From: Phycisphaera mikurensis NBRC 102666
Lineage (GTDB): Bacteria; Planctomycetota; Phycisphaerae; Phycisphaerales; Phycisphaeraceae
DNA: 32,000 bases
Assembly: GCF_000284115.1 (NCBI RefSeq)
Contig: NC_017080.1
Span: 960,001-992,000, forward strand
Direction of reading: 5' to 3'
Shown: piece after piece, positions 15,314-22,073 of the stretch
Layout of the letters: each line of letters starts with the position of its first letter
How positions within the stretch are numbered: the first letter of the stretch is position 1
The notes under the pieces: model-generated
What the model saw: only the letters and a program-made list of their open reading frames with translations
Told to the model about the DNA's origin: nothing
The model's database searches: none
Position numbers and translations under genes: made by a program

Positions 15314-15706
15314 ATGAAGAAAGACACGCCCATCTCCGCCGGCTCCGCCGCCGCCTTGACCGCCCGCATCACCGCCACGCTGGGCCCGCTGGACGCGGAC
15401 GAGCAGGCCTGCTGCGAGAAGCTCGAGGACCTCGGCGCCAAGGTCGCCGAGCTGCAGGCGCAGATCAGCGACGCCGAGGAGAACCTCCGCATCGTCAAGG
15501 CCGCCAAGGTGGACGCGATCCGCTCGCTGATGAACGACGACCCGCTGCTGTCGCAAGCCTTCGGCGGCTCGGCCGCGGAGGCCGTGGAGGAAGCCGCGGC
15601 CCTGGAGGAGGACGAGGACGTGGTGGAGGCCACCGCCGAGGACGAGGACGCGGCCGGCGACGCGGACGCGGACGACGGCAACCCGCTGCTGAAGCTCAAG
15701 GACTAG
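15314..15706 (+). CDS. Small acidic, probably coiled-coil, hypothetical protein
   Basis: MKKDTPISAGSAAALTARI...CCEKLEDLGAKVAELQAQISDAEENLRIVKAAKVDAIRSL..., followed by a D/E-rich tail. Third positions are G/C-rich. No family recognised. Confidence 0.55.
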   Translation: MKKDTPISAGSAAALTARITATLGPLDADEQACCEKLEDLGAKVAELQAQISDAEENLRIVKAAKVDAIRSLMNDDPLLSQAFGGSAAEAVEEAAALEEDEDVVEATAEDEDAAGDADADDGNPLLKLKD

Positions 15707-16187
15707 ACGCCAGCGCCGCCGGATCGACCCGCACGCTGCGCCCCGGCGCTCTTCGTCGCCCGGAGCTTGCGGGGGGGCGTCCAGCGGCCCGGGCGGGGCA
15801 GCCGCCCGGCGGGCGTCTCTCGCGGAGGCATGCCCGCGCCACGCGCTCCAGGCGTGAGGCCGGGACCGCGCCTGGAGGCAGAACCCATCCCCGGGCGGCG
15901 GTGGCGCTCAAAAGCGGGTGGGGTGCGGATCGGACCTTCTGCGGCGTCGACGAGGCGGCCGCCTTCGGGCGCGACCCCGCGTGCGTGCGGACGTCCGCGC
16001 GGCCGCTCGCGCTCCCGGGGATCCGCGGCCGGGAGGCGTGGCAGCGGTAGCGGAACGCTCCGTCGGCGAGCCGCACCCGATCGTCACCGCACGCGGGGGC
16101 GGACGGCTCGGCGGATGGGGGGTTCCACCGGCGCCGCTCCCGCTCTACGATCCTCGCTCCTCTCCACCGCCTCCCCGGTCGCCCCGC

Positions 16188-17105
16188 ATGCCCGAACCCC
16201 GCCGCACCCCCGCGCTGCTCGCCGTCCTCCTCTCCGCCTCCGCGTGCCTGGGTCAAGCGTCGCCCGCCGCCGCCCTCGTGGTCGCCGGCGCCTCGCCGAC
16301 GGACCCGGCGCTGGCCGATGCGCTCGCCGCGATGGGGCGGTGGGAGGACGACGCCGCGGCCGTGGCCGTGGCTCCCGACTGGGTGCTGACCACGCGACAC
16401 CAGGGGTCGGCCTCCACCGTGACCTTCGGGGGCGTCGCGTACACGCCGCTCGCGAACACGCCCGGCGGGCCCGAGAACGTCCGCAACCTGGGGCAGGACC
16501 TCCGGCTCGTGCGGCTCGTCGACGCTTCGGGGGCGCCGGCGGCGCTCGCTTCCACGCTCTCGGTGGCCACGGGGCCCGTCACCGCCGGCACCCTCGTCAC
16601 GCTGGGCGGCTTCGGGCCGACCCGGGGCGGCTTCAACCAGGATGGTTTCGACTGGGCGGGCCCGCTCGGCAACGCCAACGGCCCGCTGGCGGGAACCAAC
16701 ACGCTGGTGCAGGTCGGCACGCTCGGCCCGTCCAGCGGCCCGTACGCCGGGATGGCGGCCCTCGCGGCCGTGTTCGACGAGCCCGGCGACGCGGGCGTTC
16801 TGCCCTCGGAGGCGACGGTCGCGCCGGGCGACTCGGGCGGCTTCTGGCTCGTGGGCGACGCGTTGAACGGCTACGAGATCGCCGGGCTCTCCCACGCCGT
16901 CGAACTCCGGAGCGAGCGGGACAACGATCCCGACCCGGCGGTCGTCGAGCGGCCCGCGTCGCAGGCGTTCTACTCGCAGGTCCTCCTCGCCGCGGACGCC
17001 ACGCCCTTCGCCTCGGAGATCAACGCCATCCCCGAGCCGGCCTCCGCGGCGTGGCTCGCCGGTGGCTTCGGTCTGCTCGCGAGGCGCCGCCGGCGCCACG
17101 CGTAG
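16188..17105 (+). CDS. Secreted trypsin-like (S1 family) serine peptidase with a PEP-CTERM sorting signal
   Basis: Signal-peptide-like N-terminus MPEPRRTPALLAVLLSASACLG. Catalytic triad context WVLTTRHQ (His), DLRLVRL (Asp), APGDSGGFW (Ser). The C-terminal IPEPASAAWLAGGFGLLARRRRRHA comprises a PEP motif, a TM segment and an Arg cluster. Confidence 0.85.
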   Translation: MPEPRRTPALLAVLLSASACLGQASPAAALVVAGASPTDPALADALAAMGRWEDDAAAVAVAPDWVLTTRHQGSASTVTFGGVAYTPLANTPGGPENVRNLGQDLRLVRLVDASGAPAALASTLSVATGPVTAGTLVTLGGFGPTRGGFNQDGFDWAGPLGNANGPLAGTNTLVQVGTLGPSSGPYAGMAALAAVFDEPGDAGVLPSEATVAPGDSGGFWLVGDALNGYEIAGLSHAVELRSERDNDPDPAVVERPASQAFYSQVLLAADATPFASEINAIPEPASAAWLAGGFGLLARRRRRHA

Positions 17106-17150
17106 AGTCGCTGCTTTCCCCTCCGCCCTCCCGAGAAAGTGACCCTCCCG

Positions 17151-17669
17151 ATGACCGAACGCGACGCCGCCGTGACGATGAAAGGCTCCCCCAAGACCCT
17201 CCTCGGAGACGAGTTGAAGGTCGGAGACCCCGCCCCCGCGTTCAAGCTCACCGCGGTCGACTTCTCCGAGAAGACCCTGCAGGACTACGCGGGCAAGGTG
17301 AAGCTGCTGGTGACGGTGCCCTCGCTGGACACCGACGTCTGCGACGCCGAGATCCGCCGGTTCAACCAGGAAGTGGGGGGGCTGGGTGATGGCGTCGTCA
17401 CGCTGGTCGCGAGCATGGACCTGCCGATGGCCCAGAAGCGCTGGTGCGGCCACGCCGAGGCTTCCAACGTCCACACGCTGTCCGACTTCATGGACCACGC
17501 CTTCGGCACCGCCTACGGCGTCCGGATCAAGGAGATGGGCCTGCTGGCCCGGACCGTGATGGTCATCGACAGGGACGACAAGCTCGCGTACGTGCAGGTC
17601 GTCAAGGACGTCGCCGACGAGCCGGACTACGACGCGGCCCTGGCCGCCGCGAAGTCCGCCGCGGCCTGA
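17151..17669 (+). CDS. tpx: Thiol peroxidase (atypical 2-Cys peroxiredoxin)
   Basis: KVGDPAPAFKLTAVDFSEKTLQDYAGKVKLLVTVPSLDTDVCDAEIRRFN...RWCG matches Tpx (PS.DT.VC, second Cys). Confidence 0.93.
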   Translation: MTERDAAVTMKGSPKTLLGDELKVGDPAPAFKLTAVDFSEKTLQDYAGKVKLLVTVPSLDTDVCDAEIRRFNQEVGGLGDGVVTLVASMDLPMAQKRWCGHAEASNVHTLSDFMDHAFGTAYGVRIKEMGLLARTVMVIDRDDKLAYVQVVKDVADEPDYDAALAAAKSAAA

Positions 17670-18679
17670 TGACGCCCCGGCGTCTGGAGGACACGGCGGC
17701 GGGCGTCGCCGAGGCCGCCCGCCTGCTCGCCGCCGGCGGGCTCGTCGCGTTGCCGACGGAGACCGTCTACGGGCTCGCGGCCGACGCGCTGGACGCGGGC
17801 GCGGTGGCGCGGATCTTCGCGGCCAAGCAGCGGCCCCGCTTCGACCCGCTGATCGTCCACCTCGCCGACCCGCCCGCGGCGGGCCGGGACTTCTTCGGCG
17901 TGCTCGATGACCCGATCGCCGCCGCGCTCGCGGCGGGGGCCTGGCCGGGGCCGCTCACGCTGGTGGTGCCGAGGCCGGGGTGGATCCCGGGCATCGTGAC
18001 TTCCGGCCTCGACACGGTGGGCGTACGCGTGCCGGACCACGCCGCGACCCGGGCGGTCCTCCGCGGGCTCGACGCGGCGCGCCCCGGCCGCCCGGGGGCC
18101 GTCGCCGCGCCCTCGGCCAACCCCTTCGGCGGCGTGTCGCCCACGCGGGCGGAGCACGTCGCCGTGCCCTGCGACGCGGTGCTCGACGGCGGCCCGTGCC
18201 GCACCGGCGTGGAGAGCACCGTGGTCCGGACCACCGAGCGGGGCGTGCTGGTCCTGCGGTGGGGCGGTCTCACCGGTGAGCGGATCGCGGCGCTGCTCGC
18301 GGGCGCCGGCGTCCCGGCCCGGGTGGAAGAAGCCCGGCCCGGCGGCCCGCTCGCGAGCCCCGGGCGCCTGGAGCGCCACTACGCCCCGGGCACCCCGCTG
18401 CGGCTGCTCGCCGCGGGCGAGCCTTGGCCGCCGCCCGACCCGCGGGCGGGCGTCCTCGCCTTCGGGCCGTTCGATCCGGCCGGCTGGGGCGGCGAGGAGA
18501 ACCTCAGCCCCAGCGGCGACCTGGTGGAGGCCGCCGCCCGCCTCTTCGCGGCGGTGCGTCGCCTGGACGCGGCGGGCCTCGCCTCCCTCGTCGCCGCGCC
18601 CGTTCCCGACGCCGGGCTCGGCCGCGCCATCAACGACCGCCTTCGCCGCGCCGCGGACCCGGCGGCGGCTTCTTCGTGA
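17669..18679 (+). CDS. tsaC: L-threonylcarbamoyladenylate synthase (Sua5/YwlC type, with a C-terminal Sua5 domain)
   Basis: GGLVALPTETVYGLAADALDAGAVARIFAAKQRPRFDPLIVH..., ...GVRVPDH..., ...APSANPFGGVSPT... The ATG overlaps the tpx stop (TGATG at 17667-17671). Confidence 0.92.
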   Translation: MTPRRLEDTAAGVAEAARLLAAGGLVALPTETVYGLAADALDAGAVARIFAAKQRPRFDPLIVHLADPPAAGRDFFGVLDDPIAAALAAGAWPGPLTLVVPRPGWIPGIVTSGLDTVGVRVPDHAATRAVLRGLDAARPGRPGAVAAPSANPFGGVSPTRAEHVAVPCDAVLDGGPCRTGVESTVVRTTERGVLVLRWGGLTGERIAALLAGAGVPARVEEARPGGPLASPGRLERHYAPGTPLRLLAAGEPWPPPDPRAGVLAFGPFDPAGWGGEENLSPSGDLVEAAARLFAAVRRLDAAGLASLVAAPVPDAGLGRAINDRLRRAADPAAASS

Positions 18680-18770
18680 TGCCGAGACATCCACTGCGAC
18701 GCGGCCGGCGCCGGGCGGCGAGGCCCCGTCCTGCCGCGGCGGGCCGCTCACGCGGATCGACGCCGCCGTG

Positions 18771-18799
18771 TTGACGGCCGCGAGCCGCCTCGGTAACCT
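18771..18799 (+). promoter_or_regulatory. Candidate sigma-70 promoter for rplK-rplA
   Basis: TTGACG (18771-18776), a 17-bp spacer, then TAACCT (18794-18799), about 170 nt upstream of the rplK GTG. It shares TTGACGGCCGCG with the candidate at 5065. Confidence 0.4.
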
Positions 18800-18966
18800 C
18801 CCGCGTTCGCCGGCGGGTCCGCCCCGTCGCGTGGGCTGTTCTGCCGCTCCCCGGCGTCGCGTCGGGCGGGGTGGCCGACCGAATCGAAGCCCAAGCTCAA
18901 GCCCGAGCGCGAACCCGAACTCAAGCCCGGGCAACCCGCAACGCCCCCCAGGAAGGTCCCCCCGCC

Positions 18967-19401
18967 GTGGCCAAGAAGAAGGAAATCACCAAGGTCTTCA
19001 AGATCCAGGCCCCCGGCGGCCAGGCCACCCCGGCCCCGCCGATCGGCCCCGCCCTGGGCGCCAACGGCGTGAACCCGGGCCAGTTCATCCAGCAGTTCAA
19101 CGAGGCCACCCGCCAGCTCAACGGCATGGTCGTCGGCTGCGTGATCACGGTCTACAAGGACCGCAGCTTCGAGTTCGAGCTCAAGGCGCCGCCCGTGGCG
19201 GAGCTCATCAAGGCCGAGCTGGGTGTGAAGGGCGGCTCCGGGGAACCCAACAAGAACAAGATCGGCAACCTCACCGCCGCGCAGGTCACCAAGATCGCCG
19301 AGGAGAAGAAGAAGGAGCTCACCGGCCACACGCTCGCGGCGATGGAGCAGACCGTCCGCGGCACGGCCCGCAGCATGGGCGTCACCTGCGACGCGGCCTG
19401 A
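18967..19401 (+). CDS. rplK: 50S ribosomal protein L11
   Basis: VAKKKEITKVFKIQAPGGQATPAPPIGPALGANGVNPGQFIQQFN... GTG start with AGGAAGG upstream. The part of track ORF 18871.. upstream of this start is non-homologous. Confidence 0.95.
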   Translation: MAKKKEITKVFKIQAPGGQATPAPPIGPALGANGVNPGQFIQQFNEATRQLNGMVVGCVITVYKDRSFEFELKAPPVAELIKAELGVKGGSGEPNKNKIGNLTAAQVTKIAEEKKKELTGHTLAAMEQTVRGTARSMGVTCDAA

Positions 19402-19542
19402 AGCCGCGACCGGATCCGTGGCTGAGGAGCCGCGGCGTCCGCTTTGGGGTTTACCACGCGCCCTTTGTCGAGCGTGGGAGTCGAGAGGCCGGTCCATCGG
19501 GCCGGATGCTCCGACGCACACCTTCGTGAAGGAGCCGCCGCC

Positions 19543-20232
19543 ATGGCCGGCAAGCGTTACCGCTCGGATCTCGAGAAGGCCACCACCGACCCCGTGCCGC
19601 TGATCGAAGCGGTCAACCGGGTCAAGGCCATGAAGAAGCTGAAGTTCGATCAGACGATCAACCTCTGCGTCCACCTCGGCATCGACCCCAAGCAGGCCGA
19701 CCAGCAGCTGCGGGGGGCGATCTCGTTGCCCAACGGCATCGGCGGCGACCCCAAGCGGGTCGTGGCCTTCGTCGCTCCCGAGAAGGAGGAGGCCGCCAAG
19801 GAGGCCGGCGCGATCCGCGCCGGCTCCGAAGACCTCGTCAAGGAGATCGAGGGCGGCTGGCAGGCCTTCGACGTCGCCATCGCCGAGCCGGCGATGATGC
19901 GGGTGGTCGCCCGCCTCGGCAAGGTGCTCGGCCCCCGCGGCCTGATGCCCTCGCCCAAGGCCGGCACCGTGACGCCCAACGTGGCGCAGGCCGTGAAGGA
20001 GTTCGTCGCGGGCAAGGTGGAGTACCGCAACGACGACGGCGGCAACATCCACGTCGTCATCGGTCGCCAGAGCTTCGAGCCCGGCCAGCTGGCCGAGAAC
20101 GCGCAGGCGATGATCGACCACCTCAGCGGCCGCAAGCCGTCGTCCTCCAAGGGCGTGTACTTCAAGAAGGCCACGATCGCCGGCACGATGACCCCCGGCG
20201 TGGCCGTCCAGCTCGCCGCCGCCGCGGACTGA
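19543..20232 (+). CDS. rplA: 50S ribosomal protein L1
   Basis: MAGKRYRSDLEKATTDPVPLIEAVNRVKAM...FDQTINLCVHLGIDPKQADQQLRGAISLPNG... AAGGAG lies upstream of the ATG. Confidence 0.97.
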   Translation: MAGKRYRSDLEKATTDPVPLIEAVNRVKAMKKLKFDQTINLCVHLGIDPKQADQQLRGAISLPNGIGGDPKRVVAFVAPEKEEAAKEAGAIRAGSEDLVKEIEGGWQAFDVAIAEPAMMRVVARLGKVLGPRGLMPSPKAGTVTPNVAQAVKEFVAGKVEYRNDDGGNIHVVIGRQSFEPGQLAENAQAMIDHLSGRKPSSSKGVYFKKATIAGTMTPGVAVQLAAAAD

Positions 20233-20319
20233 AGCCCTCCCCCTCCTTCCCCCACCCCGCGGCGGCCCGGCCTCCGCTCACAGGGGCGGCCCGGCCCGCC
20301 CCGGAACAGGACCGACACC

Positions 20320-20871
20320 ATGTCGAAGCCCGTCAAGAACCTGATCACCGACCAGTACCGCGAGCTGTTCAAGGACGTCGGCGGCGCCGTCGTCGTCGAC
20401 ATCCGCGGCATCCCCGCGAACACGACCAACGCGATGCGTGCGGACCTCGCGTCCAAGAACATCAAGGTCACCATCGTCAAGAACTCGCTCGCCAAGCGGG
20501 CTTGGGACGGCCACGCCCTCGAGCCCATGGGCGACTACCTCGACGGCGCCTGCACCGTCGTGTACCCCACCGACGAGAACGCTTCGGCCGTGGTGGTCGC
20601 CCGCGAGCTGGTCGACTGGGCCAAGAAGGAGAAGAAGATCCAGTTCCGCGGCGCGGTGCTCGACGGCCTCAAGTTCGGCCCCGAGGAGATCACCCGGCTC
20701 TCGGAGTTCCCGACCAAGGCCGAGGCCCAGGCCACGGTGGTCACGCTGCTGCTCTCGCCGGCCAAGAACCTGGTCGGCGCCACCCTGGCCCCCGCCCGCA
20801 ACATCGCCGGCATCCTCAAGACCGTCCAGGAGAAGCTCGAAGCCGGCGAAACCCTCGCCAAGGCCGGCTGA
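20320..20871 (+). CDS. rplJ: 50S ribosomal protein L10
   Basis: MSKPVKNLITDQYRELFKDVGGAVVVDIRGIPANTTNAMRADLASKNIKVTIVKNSLAKRA... Position between rplA and rplL. Confidence 0.95.
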   Translation: MSKPVKNLITDQYRELFKDVGGAVVVDIRGIPANTTNAMRADLASKNIKVTIVKNSLAKRAWDGHALEPMGDYLDGACTVVYPTDENASAVVVARELVDWAKKEKKIQFRGAVLDGLKFGPEEITRLSEFPTKAEAQATVVTLLLSPAKNLVGATLAPARNIAGILKTVQEKLEAGETLAKAG

Positions 20872-21030
20872 GCGGTCGCGGAGCGGTCGGCTCCTCCCCG
20901 CCGGTCTCCTCTGCTTCTTCCTTGTTCCCTCCCCCGCTTTCCCCACCCGCGATGCGACTGGCCCCTCGGGGTTAAAGAACCGGCGTTCGGTGACCTCTCG
21001 CATCCGCCTCTTCCGAAAGAAGAACCCCCC

Positions 21031-21420
21031 ATGGCCGAAGTCGCCGACAACATCAAGCAGCTCGCCGAGAGCATCGTTTCGCTCACCCTCAAGGACGCGG
21101 TCGACCTGGCCGACTACCTGAAGGAGGAGTACAACATCGAGCCCGCCGCCGGAGGCGGCGGGATGATGATGGCCGCGGCCGCCGGTGGCGGCGAGGAGGC
21201 CGAGGAGAAGACCGAGTTCGACGTGGTCCTCAAGGCCGCCGGCGCCAACAAGATCCAGGCGATCAAGACCGTCCGGGAGATCACCGGCCTCGGCCTCAAG
21301 GAGGCCAAGGAGATGGTCGAGTCGGCCCCGAAGCCCATCAAGGAGGGCGTCGACAAGGAGACCGCCGACGGCATCGTCGAGAAGCTCAAGGCCGCCGGCG
21401 CCGAGGTCGAGCTCAAGTAA
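21031..21420 (+). CDS. rplL: 50S ribosomal protein L7/L12
   Basis: ...[67 protein letters not shown]. Confidence 0.98.
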   Translation: MAEVADNIKQLAESIVSLTLKDAVDLADYLKEEYNIEPAAGGGGMMMAAAAGGGEEAEEKTEFDVVLKAAGANKIQAIKTVREITGLGLKEAKEMVESAPKPIKEGVDKETADGIVEKLKAAGAEVELK

Positions 21421-21435
21421 GCCACCGGCTCGCTT

Positions 21436-21456
21436 CCCCGCGGCGTCGCCGCGGGG
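21436..21456 (+). terminator. Hairpin after rplL (possible terminator)
   Basis: CCCCGCGGC-GTC-GCCGCGGGG, a 9-bp perfect stem located 16 nt after the stop codon. No U-tract. Confidence 0.35.
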
Positions 21457-21585
21457 TCGCATCCGCACCGCGGGCCTCACCCGGCCTACGGTGCTTTTCC
21501 CTCCCGGCCGGGCCCCCCGGTCATCCCTCAGAAACTCCAGCCCCTGCGCCGCGTGCCGGTCCGGGGGCGTAGCCCCCGGAAGATC

Positions 21586-21855
21586 ATGCCCCGCGTCTGC
21601 GACTACACCGGCAAGAAGACCAGCACCGGCTTCCAGTACACGCTGCGTGGCCGCAAGAAGTACCTCGGCGGCGTGGGCACCAAGGTCACCGGCAAGACCA
21701 AGCGGACCTTCAAGCCGAACATCCAGACGATCCGGGCCGTGGACGAGAACGGCGTCGTCCGCCGCGTCAAGGCTTCGACGCGTGCCATCCGCAACGGCTT
21801 GATCACCAAGCCGCTCTCGCGGAAGCTCTCGTACACCGACAAGCAGGACGGCTGA
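21586..21855 (+). CDS. rpmB: 50S ribosomal protein L28
   Basis: MPRVCDYTGKKTSTG...KRTFKPNIQTIRAVDENGVVRRVKASTRAIRNGLI matches L28 (M.R.C..TGK....G...SH....TKR.F.PN...). It carries an internal insertion relative to the short forms I recall. Confidence 0.85.
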   Translation: MPRVCDYTGKKTSTGFQYTLRGRKKYLGGVGTKVTGKTKRTFKPNIQTIRAVDENGVVRRVKASTRAIRNGLITKPLSRKLSYTDKQDG

Positions 21856-21862
21856 TCTCCCC

Positions 21863-21904
21863 CTGCAAGGCGGATCGAGGCTTCATCGAATCCGCCGCTT
21901 GCAG
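21863..21904 (+). terminator. Imperfect long hairpin after rpmB
   Basis: CTGCAAGGCGGAT...ATCCGCCGCTTGCAG: 13 bp of pairing with a 2-nt bulge, plus an inner TCGA...TCGA. It starts 8 nt after the stop codon. Confidence 0.3.
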
Positions 21905-22073
21905 CAGCTTCCGGCGGCGTTCCGGCCGCGTGCACGCGGCAGTGGAGCGTCCGTGTCGCTCCATTGCCGCTCCAGGGTGAACCGCGACCACGGACGCCGA
22001 CGGCGGTCGAGCGTAGCGGGCGCCCGACCCCGCGGAGCCGAATCCCTTTCGCACCTCAGCTCGCGGAGCGAAG

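Noticed and set aside
15918-16187. N-terminal extensions of track ORFs beyond the starts I chose. Examples are 15918 for the PEP-CTERM protease, 322 for gltA, 13739 for the M29 peptidase and 17444 for the Sua5/TsaC gene.
   Set aside because: The extended parts are Arg/Gly/Pro-rich and non-homologous. The internal ATG or GTG codons restore family-typical N-termini or a signal peptide.
18894-18928. The octamer TCAAGCCC is shared between the rplK leader (twice) and the loops of the 30-bp repeats at 248-330.
   Set aside because: Two of the four occurrences come from one duplication. About one occurrence is expected per window by composition. This is insufficient to link the sites.
8383-18966. 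The block between nusG and rplK interpreted as a prophage or integrative genomic island.
   Set aside because: There are no integrase, transposase, phage or conjugation genes. There is no tRNA at a boundary and I found no flanking direct repeats. The composition is indistinguishable by eye from the flanks. It is retained only as a synteny observation.
20233-20319. Named ribosomal leader RNAs: the L10 leader upstream of rplJ and an L1-binding site upstream of rplK/rplA.
   Set aside because: They are plausible by position. I could not fold a convincing match to the known consensus structures by eye. They would need a covariance-model search (Rfam).
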